Virus record (IMG/VR): IMGVR_UViG_3300023210_002494
Source: an uncultured virus (IMG/VR IMGVR_UViG_3300023210_002494)
Lineage: Duplodnaviria > Heunggongvirae > Uroviricota > Caudoviricetes
Length of the DNA: 20,000 nt
Reading direction: 5' to 3' (one strand)
Part shown: one piece after another, positions 8,856 through 16,937 of the stretch
Numbering within the stretch: position 1 is the first letter of the stretch
Layout of the letters: each line of letters opens with the position of its first letter
Notes under the pieces: generated by a model
The model's input: only the letters and a program-made list of their open reading frames with translations
Told to the model about the DNA's origin: nothing
Database searches by the model: none
Program-made: the position numbers and the translations under genes

Positions 8856-9053
8856 ATGGAAAGACCTAACATTAAAAAAGATGCTGACTTCGTACTAAAA
8901 GTATTAAATAACCCTCTTAATAAAGAAGTTCATAGACCCGCTTTAAAAAAGTTGATAAGTAACTTTGAAAATAAATGGGATGATTTATTAGGGCCCGGAG
9001 TAGCTGACCAGTACACCAACACATTAAATAAAAAATACAAAAATGTCTTATAA
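8856..9053 (+). CDS. Hypothetical protein
   Basis: 65 aa ORF following a promoter motif. Confidence 0.65.
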   Translation: MERPNIKKDADFVLKVLNNPLNKEVHRPALKKLISNFENKWDDLLGPGVADQYTNTLNKKYKNVL

Positions 9054-9234
9054 CATAATAAAAGAAATGATAGACCAGACAGGTAAAAAATCCTACGTTT
9101 TATTAACAGACGGATTATCACAAATATGGGATGTAGAAAAAGAAAAAGAAGCCCAAAGAATAGCAACAATGATGACAGAAAATTCTGATAGTGGTTGGGT
9201 CTATAAAATTAGAAAATCATGTGAACGAAAATGA
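9043..9234 (+). CDS. Hypothetical phage protein
   Basis: 63 aa ORF overlapping both neighbours in an operon-like arrangement. Confidence 0.7.
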   Translation: MSYNIIKEMIDQTGKKSYVLLTDGLSQIWDVEKEKEAQRIATMMTENSDSGWVYKIRKSCERK

Positions 9235-9632
9235 ATATACTAAAGAGAAAAACACACAAACACAAATTCAGTAGGAGAAGAGCCCTAGAATGTAAATTAA
9301 TTGAAAAAAGTAAAACTAGTCCTGGTTACCTAAAATACGAAGTTACAATCGGAGAAAAGGACGGTACAAAACACACCCAACCAGTATATGGAAAAGATAT
9401 GCAAGATGCTCTAAGTAGATTAATCAATAAAGAAAGGACTAATAAGGTTGAAAGAAAACTAGAAACCAATACAGGACTTATATTCTTATCATGGTTAGTA
9501 TTAATGGGAGCACCAGCTATATTTTTTGGTGCACAAAACACACCATACTACTTAGCAGCTACATTTGGTTCTATTATCATGATAATGGTAGTAGCTACTT
9601 TATGGTATAATTATATAACAAAAGGAGAATAA
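9231..9632 (+). CDS. Hypothetical membrane protein (two C-terminal TM helices)
   Basis: ATGA overlap with the upstream gene; hydrophobic segments GLIFLSWLVLMGAPAIFFG and YYLAATFGSIIMIMVVATLWY. Confidence 0.75.
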   Translation: MNILKRKTHKHKFSRRRALECKLIEKSKTSPGYLKYEVTIGEKDGTKHTQPVYGKDMQDALSRLINKERTNKVERKLETNTGLIFLSWLVLMGAPAIFFGAQNTPYYLAATFGSIIMIMVVATLWYNYITKGE

Positions 9633-9633
9633 T

Positions 9634-9738
9634 ATGGAAATAATAGCAATGATAGTATTCGTAGGTATGGGGTTTGTCACTGGAATGTACGTATCCACAC
9701 AAATTGAAAACCATATAGACAAAAACACAAAAAATTAG
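9634..9738 (+). CDS. Small single-TM protein (34 aa)
   Basis: Own translation MEIIAMIVFVGMGFVTGMYVSTQIENHIDKNTKN; fills the gap. Confidence 0.55.
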   Translation: MEIIAMIVFVGMGFVTGMYVSTQIENHIDKNTKN

Positions 9739-9745
9739 AAATAAT

Positions 9746-9967
9746 ATGTATAGAATAGTAAAAGAAACCAATAGATTATCTGGAAAAGTACAATATATTA
9801 TTGAACGTAAAAAAAAGTTCCTATGGTCAACATCATGGACCAGAGAACTAGGTTTAGATATAACTCAGACAGGGCCAATAGGTGCTTCCACTTATGATGG
9901 AGCCAAATGGAAAATGCAAGAAATTATAACATGGGACGGACAAATGTTAAAAAAAGAAACTATCTAA
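9746..9967 (+). CDS. Hypothetical protein
   Basis: 73 aa ORF in the operon. Confidence 0.7.
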   Translation: MYRIVKETNRLSGKVQYIIERKKKFLWSTSWTRELGLDITQTGPIGASTYDGAKWKMQEIITWDGQMLKKETI

Positions 9968-9969
9968 CT

Positions 9970-10206
9970 ATGTTAGACCCTCTAGAAAAAAACGCAGCTT
10001 TTAGACTAGCTTATGAATTTATTATAAGTTCTATGGAAGAAGATGAGGAGTATGAAAATCTAGAATTCGTCAATAAAGACCTACCACACAAAACACTAGA
10101 CAAACTAATTACTTTTTTTGAAAAAACAGAAGAGTATGAAAAGTGCTCTAAACTACAAAAAATAAAACACGCAAGACTTTTTGAATATTCTAAATATAAC
10201 TTGTAA
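9970..10206 (+). CDS. Hypothetical protein with UVR-like helical motif
   Basis: In-frame ATG 9970 (MLDPLEK) follows the previous stop; contains FEKTEEYEKCSKLQKI. Confidence 0.65.
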   Translation: MLDPLEKNAAFRLAYEFIISSMEEDEEYENLEFVNKDLPHKTLDKLITFFEKTEEYEKCSKLQKIKHARLFEYSKYNL

Positions 10207-10227
10207 TTACTTTATATTTATAGTAGT

Positions 10228-11850
10228 ATGTTAAACGAACAGGTAAATAAAAGAGTTGTATACGAAGATGATAAATATGAACTTATCCTTCCCTATAATA
10301 TTGCATCTATTTGTTCTATAGCACCACAATGGTGTAAGGATGAAAAAATTAAAGAAGCTACCGTAAACGCGTTTAAAACTGGTGGGGTGACCTATATAAT
10401 CCTAGAAAAAGATAAAAACAAAGCAGGAATACTTCAAGACACTAAAAGTAAAATACCTTTAAGATTTGGTGGGGAGTACGCTCTTTTTGACCCACTCAGA
10501 GACGGAGCATTAAATATACATTGGTACCAGAAAAAAGAGTCAAAAAAATTCTTTAGTGATAAACCAGGACTAATAGAAAAACTAAACATACCCTACTCTC
10601 TCAAAGAAAGATTAAAATTTGAAATGTCTTTTACTGAAAAGGAAATGAAACAATTTTCAGAAAAGAATGATTTTGCAGAAGCAGTTTATGATGAGATAAG
10701 AGGTAAATCAGGACAAAATCTAGACTGGGAAAAGTTTGAAGGTAACGATAATACTAATGTACATGACCGTAGTTGGTTCTTTGAAGAGATGAAAGATGGT
10801 GAGATAGGAATCATGCCTGATGGAGAAGGAATCTTAATAATTGCTAACGAACAAACTTTCAAATATAAGTTTTTAAATTTAAATGATGATGATGACTGGG
10901 CATATAACGCAGCGATGGGTTATGGTGGTTATTATAATGATTGTGAGGAAATGGATGTTGAGGAAATGAACTATATGAACTCTTATTTAACCCCAGAAAA
11001 TCGTACACGTCTACAAACCCTAAGAGAGTTGGTAGGAGAACCAAAATTTACAGACCAGGAATTACAATACGACGAAGGAAATGTATATGATTTCCTTGAA
11101 AAGTATTTTCCAGTAGAAGCAGATGATATGTCTGATGAGTGGTTAACTAGTTTAGGTTGTGCAGTCTGGAGAAGTAGAGCAAAAGCTATTAGAGAGGAGA
11201 TAGATGATGAAAAAACATTTGACTATGATGAAAGAGGAAGAAACACCGAAATGTATATAACATGGAAACAATTATTACAAATTATTGGTACAAAAAGTGT
11301 TGAAAGTTTTTATGATTTGGGTGAAATAGAATTAAATGGGTTGCCTGCTTTATATGACGGTTGGTATGATGCATGGGATGTAGATGATGAAGGAAATGAT
11401 GAGATGAATGCAGCTTTTACAAAAATGTTGGATGATATAGAAGAAGATGGGGTAGACAACATTATGGGTAGAGTTAAAAGAAGTGAAAGCTTTATTAAAA
11501 CACTCGGTGAACTAGGATTTAAAAAGGCATCAGGATGGAACCCAGGATTCTCAAATAGAACACCAGTATATAATTGGAAAACTAGTGATGGTAAGTCTAT
11601 TGTATTAGTAAACATAACAGTAGGAAATTATGACCACAAAGATGAAACAGTATCATTTAAGGATGAAAGTCAAAACTCAACTAACAAAGATAGAATGGAC
11701 GATATTACATTAGAGGATTTCCTAGAGTACGTAACCAACCCAAGACTCCCATTTAATCAAGAAGAAAAAGAAGAAGTTAACGAAAACTACACAAACAAAA
11801 TTATTAATACTATAATTAATAATATAATCACTAAAAATGTACGTAAGTAA
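10228..11850 (+). CDS. Large acidic hypothetical protein; N-terminal domain related to that of 13101-14510; putative late/virion protein
   Basis: 540 aa, Asp/Glu-rich. TATTTATA at 10215-10222. Contains VYEDDKYELILP....SIC....WC. Confidence 0.8.
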   Translation: MLNEQVNKRVVYEDDKYELILPYNIASICSIAPQWCKDEKIKEATVNAFKTGGVTYIILEKDKNKAGILQDTKSKIPLRFGGEYALFDPLRDGALNIHWYQKKESKKFFSDKPGLIEKLNIPYSLKERLKFEMSFTEKEMKQFSEKNDFAEAVYDEIRGKSGQNLDWEKFEGNDNTNVHDRSWFFEEMKDGEIGIMPDGEGILIIANEQTFKYKFLNLNDDDDWAYNAAMGYGGYYNDCEEMDVEEMNYMNSYLTPENRTRLQTLRELVGEPKFTDQELQYDEGNVYDFLEKYFPVEADDMSDEWLTSLGCAVWRSRAKAIREEIDDEKTFDYDERGRNTEMYITWKQLLQIIGTKSVESFYDLGEIELNGLPALYDGWYDAWDVDDEGNDEMNAAFTKMLDDIEEDGVDNIMGRVKRSESFIKTLGELGFKKASGWNPGFSNRTPVYNWKTSDGKSIVLVNITVGNYDHKDETVSFKDESQNSTNKDRMDDITLEDFLEYVTNPRLPFNQEEKEEVNENYTNKIINTIINNIITKNVRK

Positions 11851-12052
11851 AACAAGAAGTATTTTAAAGGCATTAAGTTGGCGAATTGTGGGGACATTAG
11901 ATACTATGGCTCTAGGGTGGGTTATTACAGGTGACTTAACAGTTGGTTTAAAAATAGGAGCGTTAGAATTAGTGACTAAATTCGTATTGTATTATTTCCA
12001 CGAAAGAATTTGGACTAAAGCTAGTTTCGGAACAAAAAAGAAAAAATCTTAA
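11837..12052 (+). CDS. DUF2061 small membrane protein
   Basis: RSILKALSWRIVGTLDT...TG.....KIG..E..TKFVLYYFHERIW signature. Confidence 0.88.
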   Translation: MYVSKTRSILKALSWRIVGTLDTMALGWVITGDLTVGLKIGALELVTKFVLYYFHERIWTKASFGTKKKKS

Positions 12053-12059
12053 TCTAGAT

Positions 12060-12090
12060 TTTGTTATTCTAAAAAAAATGTTTATCTTTG
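12060..12090 (+). promoter_or_regulatory. Bacteroidota-type promoter TTTG-N19-TATCTTTG
   Basis: TTTG at 12060-12063, TATCTTTG at 12083-12090, ATG at 12095. Confidence 0.7.
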
Positions 12091-12094
12091 TTCT

Positions 12095-12211
12095 ATGATT
12101 GAAAAAATAGTACAAATATTAGGGACTGGATTGGTTATACTGTGTATAAGTTGTATAAGTTGGACTATAGCAGAATATATCTACCTAAAACTTAAAAACC
12201 CAAAAATATGA
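12095..12211 (+). CDS. Small single-TM protein (38 aa)
   Basis: Own translation MIEKIVQILGTGLVILCISCISWTIAEYIYLKLKNPKI; follows the promoter and has an ATGA overlap with the next ORF. Confidence 0.55.
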   Translation: MIEKIVQILGTGLVILCISCISWTIAEYIYLKLKNPKI

Positions 12212-12372
12212 AAGTAATGATATGGGCAAATAAAAAAGATGTTATGAATGGGAAAATAAACTCATGTGATTATTATACTGAAGACCGACTTCCTGTTGGT
12301 AAGTACGTACAAATCATACTCACAGTAGACGAATTTACAAAATTAGAAGATAATAAAAATGAACGAAATTAA
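12208..12372 (+). CDS. Hypothetical protein (54 aa)
   Basis: Own translation MKVMIWANKKDVMNGKINSCDYYTEDRLPVGKYVQIILTVDEFTKLEDNKNERN. Confidence 0.6.
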   Translation: MKVMIWANKKDVMNGKINSCDYYTEDRLPVGKYVQIILTVDEFTKLEDNKNERN

Positions 12373-13057
12373 AGAAAACAAATTATTATTTTTTGATATA
12401 GAAACATCTGGTTCCTATGCAACTATAGAAGAATTAGAAGATAAAAATCTTACATTATATAATTTATGGATTAAAATAGGTGAGTCTTACTTTAGAAGAC
12501 ATTACCCAGAAGACGAAAGAATGTCTAGTAGTGAGTTATATAAAAAATACTCCGGTTTATTACCCGAGTTTGGGAGGGTAGTTTGTGTAAGTGCTGGGTT
12601 TATAAATGGGGGTGAAAGAAAAATACAGTCATTCTATAAAGGTTCAGAAATGGAAATACTAAAAGAAGTAACCGAACTCTTTAACAAAATACATAAATTA
12701 AATTTTTCATTATGTGGACACAACATAAAAACTTTCGATTTACCATATTTAGGTAAAAGAATGTTGATAAATAAAATAAAACCCTCCCCAATAATGCCAT
12801 CGTATAATACCAAACCCTGGGAGATAAAAGCTCTAGACACTAAAGAGTTGTGGAACTTTGGTTCGTATAAAGGATTGTCTGCATTACACTTAGTATGTAG
12901 TGTATTAGGACTGGACACACCAAAGGATGGAAAAGTAGACGGTTCTAATATTCACAAAAGTTATTATGTAGATAATAACATTTCAGAAATAAAAGAATAT
13001 TGTGAAAAAGATGTGAATGCGTTGATGGATATAATTTCTCACGTAAAGTCCCTATAA
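12359..13057 (+). CDS. DEDD 3'-5' exonuclease related to the PolB exonuclease domain
   Basis: FFDIET (ExoI), GHNIKTFDLPYL (ExoII) and YCEKDV (ExoIII). Confidence 0.88.
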   Translation: MNEIKENKLLFFDIETSGSYATIEELEDKNLTLYNLWIKIGESYFRRHYPEDERMSSSELYKKYSGLLPEFGRVVCVSAGFINGGERKIQSFYKGSEMEILKEVTELFNKIHKLNFSLCGHNIKTFDLPYLGKRMLINKIKPSPIMPSYNTKPWEIKALDTKELWNFGSYKGLSALHLVCSVLGLDTPKDGKVDGSNIHKSYYVDNNISEIKEYCEKDVNALMDIISHVKSL

Positions 13058-13100
13058 ATTCTTTCCAATTAACTTATATTTATAATAAACACATTTAAAT

Positions 13101-14510
13101 ATGGCCTTTAACTTCAGGGAAATCTTAACAAATTTAATTATCGAGGATAGTCGTTACGATATCCTAATGAAAAAATATACCGAACCAAAAAAGAAAGGGA
13201 AGAAAGCTGCGATGGATAAAGACCTCCTAATTGATTTGATGAACTCAGACCCAACAACTAAACAAGATTTAGAATCAGGTGAACCAGAAATTACTAAAGT
13301 TGGAGCTTACACTAATTGGATAGTTAAACAATGGATGAATCTACCTCAGGAAGCAGACAAAGAATTTGCTTATGGTAGTCCAGATTGGGGTGTTGCATTA
13401 GAAAGACTTCAGAATTTATTTATGGAGGACTTGTACAAAACTACAGAAGATTTAGAAAAATTCCATTACCTCAAGAAAACAAAAAAATATAAAGGACAAA
13501 AAGATATTGGTCAGATAAAATCTGTAGCAGACTTATATGACAACGTAAAAGATTACAAAGTTAGTAAGGATGAAATAACAAAGACTAAAGCAGAAAGATT
13601 AAGAGATGATGTCGATAAAGTTTATGAAGACGATAAATGGTTAATCTTAGTACCTAAATCTAAAGAAGCTTCTTGTCATTACGGAGGTGGACAGACTAGA
13701 TGGTGTACAGCATCAAAAACATCTAACTATTATGACCATTATAGTAAACAAGGGCCACTCTATATGATGATGTATAAAGAAGATGGGGATAAATCTCCAT
13801 CCGAAAGCAGAAGTCACCAATTCCATTTTGAAAGTAATTCATTTTACAATGCAGAAGATAGAAGTATTGAGTTAGGGCCTTTCTTCGCTACTTACCCAGA
13901 ACTTAAACCATTCTTTAAAGAAAAGTTTGCTAAGTTCATGAATAAAGATTATGGTAAACAAGTACAATTAAGATACCCTAATGATACCGCATCTAAATAC
14001 ATTTCTATTTATGGTTTTGATGAGTTCTTTGAAGCTTTACCAGAAAGTTTAGAGAGGTTAGATGTTGAAATATCTAGTAATAGTGGGTATGGTGCAGACA
14101 AAAACCAAAAAACACCATCTTTTAGATTACCAGACGACATAGCAAGATTTAAAAATTTAGAAATGTTACACATTGAAGGTATGTTAGGTGAATTACCAGA
14201 TGATGTGGGCCAACTACAGAACTTACAATTTATATCCATACCAAACAACCCTAATTTAGTTCATATTCCAGAAACAATAGCAGACCTACCAAACCTGGAA
14301 GTACTAAATGTTAAAAATAACTCAAAAATGGTTATACCACATAAAATTATGGAAAGAGCAGCTTGTGGTGAACTAGTATTAATTAAAACTCAACCCGACC
14401 AGTCCTTTGGGATTGGAGAGTGTAAAAATGGACAAAAAGTGGTAGTTAATTATGTCGATGACCAAGGCGATTACAAAACCGCTGAAGAAGCACAAAACTC
14501 ACTTAAATAA
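13101..14510 (+). CDS. Leucine-rich-repeat protein with a central phage 'YG..T.WC' domain
   Basis: LRR units LPDDIARFKNLEMLHI, LPDDVGQLQNLQFISI and IPETIADLPNLEVLNV; central ASCHYGGGQTRWCTAS. TATTTATA at 13077-13084. Confidence 0.8.
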   Translation: MAFNFREILTNLIIEDSRYDILMKKYTEPKKKGKKAAMDKDLLIDLMNSDPTTKQDLESGEPEITKVGAYTNWIVKQWMNLPQEADKEFAYGSPDWGVALERLQNLFMEDLYKTTEDLEKFHYLKKTKKYKGQKDIGQIKSVADLYDNVKDYKVSKDEITKTKAERLRDDVDKVYEDDKWLILVPKSKEASCHYGGGQTRWCTASKTSNYYDHYSKQGPLYMMMYKEDGDKSPSESRSHQFHFESNSFYNAEDRSIELGPFFATYPELKPFFKEKFAKFMNKDYGKQVQLRYPNDTASKYISIYGFDEFFEALPESLERLDVEISSNSGYGADKNQKTPSFRLPDDIARFKNLEMLHIEGMLGELPDDVGQLQNLQFISIPNNPNLVHIPETIADLPNLEVLNVKNNSKMVIPHKIMERAACGELVLIKTQPDQSFGIGECKNGQKVVVNYVDDQGDYKTAEEAQNSLK

Positions 14511-14526
14511 AAACTTCCTAACAATT

Positions 14527-14558
14527 CTTGTCTAATCACAAAATTTATTATATATTTG
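14527..14558 (+). promoter_or_regulatory. Bacteroidota-type promoter upstream of the tRNA-like RNA
   Basis: CTTG (14527-14530), N20, TATATTTG (14551-14558). Confidence 0.65.
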
Positions 14559-14577
14559 TATTGAATTAAAGAAACAT

Positions 14578-14646
14578 GCGGGTGTAGCTTAATGAAAGCG
14601 ACATACATTCCAGTAGGTAGATGGTGATTCATTTCACCCACCCGCT
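14578..14646 (+). tRNA. Non-canonical tRNA-Gly(TCC)-like RNA
   Basis: Acceptor stem GCGGGTG/CACCCGC plus T discriminator, D stem GCTT/AAGC, anticodon arm ACATAC-ATTCCA-GTAGGT, T stem GGTGA/TCACC. Loops are atypical and CCA is not encoded (CTA follows). Confidence 0.75.
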
Positions 14647-14665
14647 CTAATATTTAAAAACAACT

Positions 14666-14941
14666 ATGGCAAAATTAAGAAAACACGGACAAACTAGTAG
14701 AACTGAAAGAAGAAGAGAAGCTGAACTCAGACAAGAATACTACAATAGTCTAACACCACAACAAAAACTAGGAAGGCTACCAATTAACGGTGAATCTAAA
14801 AAAGAAATTGAAAGATTAACACACTTAGTAAAATTTGGTAGAAAAATAAACGAATCCTCAACCCCGTCTAAAACAAAAAAAATGAAGGACGCAAAACCAT
14901 CAAGAAAAGAAAGATGGGAGGAAAAACAAAAAAACAATTAA
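14666..14941 (+). CDS. Highly basic hypothetical protein
   Basis: 91 aa Lys/Arg-rich ORF immediately after the tRNA-like RNA. Confidence 0.7.
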   Translation: MAKLRKHGQTSRTERRREAELRQEYYNSLTPQQKLGRLPINGESKKEIERLTHLVKFGRKINESSTPSKTKKMKDAKPSRKERWEEKQKNN

Positions 14942-14945
14942 TATT

Positions 14946-15206
14946 ATGAATCAACAAGTATACAACTTTTTAAAAGCAGAAGCACAATCAGATAGAGCAA
15001 AATCATTAGCTAGTCTACACCTATTAACCAATCACCCAGCAGGTATAGGTGACCACTCAACCACAGATTATTGGGGCAACTGTAATGAAGCTTTAAGATT
15101 ATTAGCTTCAGCAGATGAAAGATTAGAAACTTTGGAAAAATATTTTAATCCACCAGCTCCAGCAGAAGTTATCAAAGAAGAACTGGAAAAGAAGGAGGAA
15201 GAATAA
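14946..15206 (+). CDS. Conserved-looking phage hypothetical protein (GIG[DE]H motif)
   Basis: HPAGIGDHS motif in a predicted helical hairpin, resembling a small phage protein family. Confidence 0.7.
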   Translation: MNQQVYNFLKAEAQSDRAKSLASLHLLTNHPAGIGDHSTTDYWGNCNEALRLLASADERLETLEKYFNPPAPAEVIKEELEKKEEE

Positions 15207-15223
15207 AAAGTCTCTATAGGGGC

Positions 15224-15252
15224 TTGACACAACCAAATTATTAATATATTAT
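15224..15252 (+). promoter_or_regulatory. Sigma70-like promoter TTGACA-N17-TATTAT upstream of DUF2828
   Basis: TTGACA at 15224-15229 and TATTAT at 15247-15252. Confidence 0.6.
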
Positions 15253-15280
15253 TAAATAACAATTTAAAGAAATAACTGTA

Positions 15281-16720
15281 ATGAATTTAATCGACGCCAT
15301 ACAACAAAAAGATACATTGACTGAGAACGGAATGACAACAAACTCATCCTCACTTAATCACTGTGTCAATCTATTTTTTCAAATAGGAGCGATGCGTGGT
15401 GCGAGTAAAGAGAAACTTTTCGCCAAGGTTTCGAAAGCTTTTAATGAAGACCCTCTCACAACAATTAAAATTATTTTTTGGACACGTGATGTCCGTGGTG
15501 GAGCTGGTGAGAGACAAATCTTCAGAGATTGTTTATTATGGTTGTGTGAAAATCACAGAGAAGTTTTACATAAAAACATTCACTTAATTAGTGAATATGG
15601 TAGGTGGGATGATGTGTTAACTCTAGTAGGAACCCAGAATTGTTGGGATTCCGCACTAAATCTGGTTAAAACAGCATTGGAGAAGGAAGACGGACTATGT
15701 GCAAAATGGATGCCTAGAAAAGGTACCAAGGCTAACATTATACGTAGATACCTTAGAGTCTCACCAAAATCTTACCGTAAGTTATTAGTAGGACTTACAA
15801 ATGTGGTTGAAACCAAGATGTGTGCAAAGGACTGGTCAAGTATCGACTATTCGAAACTTCCGTCCCTAGCCTCGTCAAGGTATCAGAAATCTTTTATGAA
15901 TAATGACGAAGAGAGGTATGAGGAGTACAAAAGAGCTTTAGTTAGTGGTAAAACTACTATTAACGCTGGAGCTGTATACCCTTATGACATCACTAAATCC
16001 ATTAAATATGGTGGAGAAAAAGATGTTGCACAAGCACAATGGGAATCTCTTCCAAATTACATGGAAGATATTAATGAAAGAGTATTACCAGTAGTTGATA
16101 CTTCAGGTTCAATGACAAATCCAGCAGGGAATAACGGTAACGTTAGCTGTATGGATGTTTCAACATCATTGGGGCTGTATATCTCAGAGAGAAATGAAGG
16201 TGTCTTCAAAAACGCATTTATAACATTCTCTTCGAGACCACAACTACAATTACTCGAAGGTTCGTTAGCCGACAGGCTAGACCAACTGGAGAGAGCAGAC
16301 TGGGGGATGAATACTGATTTACAAGCAACGTTTAAGTTAATCTTGGACCAAGCAGTAAAACACAATGTTCCACTATCGGAGATGCCAACCAAAGTTCTTA
16401 TCCTTTCGGATATGGAATTTGATACAGCACTCAGTAGTGACTGGAGAGGTGAAAGCGTCTCAAAATGGAACCCAACTGCACAAGAAATGATTAAAGGGAT
16501 GTATGAGGAAGCTGGTTACGAAATGCCAGGGATTGTTTATTGGAATATCCAAAGTAGACAAGACAATGTACCAACTAGTTTCGACGAGATGGGGACAGCA
16601 TTGGTATCAGGATTCTCACCCTCAATCATGAAAAGTATCTTAAGCTGTGAGGAACTTACCCCTTACAAAATGATGATGGAGACTATCGGGTCCGCTCGAT
16701 ATGAACCAATCAAGGTCTAA
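15281..16720 (+). CDS. DUF2828 family protein (TROVE/Ro60-like helical domain plus C-terminal vWA domain)
   Basis: RDVRGGAGER, EYGRWDD, AKWMPR, NAGAVYPYDI, MIDAS motif VDTSGSM, WGMNTD, LSDMEFD, YWN and VSGFSP. Confidence 0.88.
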   Translation: MNLIDAIQQKDTLTENGMTTNSSSLNHCVNLFFQIGAMRGASKEKLFAKVSKAFNEDPLTTIKIIFWTRDVRGGAGERQIFRDCLLWLCENHREVLHKNIHLISEYGRWDDVLTLVGTQNCWDSALNLVKTALEKEDGLCAKWMPRKGTKANIIRRYLRVSPKSYRKLLVGLTNVVETKMCAKDWSSIDYSKLPSLASSRYQKSFMNNDEERYEEYKRALVSGKTTINAGAVYPYDITKSIKYGGEKDVAQAQWESLPNYMEDINERVLPVVDTSGSMTNPAGNNGNVSCMDVSTSLGLYISERNEGVFKNAFITFSSRPQLQLLEGSLADRLDQLERADWGMNTDLQATFKLILDQAVKHNVPLSEMPTKVLILSDMEFDTALSSDWRGESVSKWNPTAQEMIKGMYEEAGYEMPGIVYWNIQSRQDNVPTSFDEMGTALVSGFSPSIMKSILSCEELTPYKMMMETIGSARYEPIKV

Positions 16721-16839
16721 TGGGTAGACCAAAGAATCTCTTCGGCAACTAAAAACAAAACCAAGAGAGAGAGGTGGATATTATTCCCCACCTTGACGAT
16801 AAAATAAACTAGGAATAAAAAAATGATTCTGACTACCCA
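16721..16839 (+). ncRNA. Candidate structured ncRNA, unit 1, downstream of DUF2828
   Basis: TGGGTAG (16721-16727) pairs with CTACCCA (16833-16839); AGAATC (16733-16738) pairs with GATTCT (16825-16830). TCTTCGGCAA follows the 5' arm. Internal hairpin GAGGTGG/CCACCTT. Confidence 0.6.
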
Positions 16840-16879
16840 GAAGATTAAAACTGTTCGCGGGAAACCGCTTATACATATG

Positions 16880-16937
16880 AAAGGAAGATTACCGCAATCT
16901 TAACAATTACTAAAATTAAATTGAAACCCCTTCCTGA
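16880..16937 (+). ncRNA. Candidate structured ncRNA, unit 2
   Basis: AA-AGGAAG (16882-16887)-ATTACCGCAA ... CTTCCT (16930-16935)-GA; same architecture as unit 1. Confidence 0.55.

Noticed and set aside
7785..14510. Eukaryotic or giant-virus origin suggested by GSII and LRR
   Set aside because: Bacteroidota promoters, T9SS CTDs, GH24 lysozyme, DUF3310 and overlapping operon-style genes point to a bacteriophage.
15208..15225. Possible terminator AAGTCTCTATAGGGGCTT
   Set aside because: The stem depends on G-U pairs, has no U-tract and overlaps the TTGACA element, so it is too weak to call.
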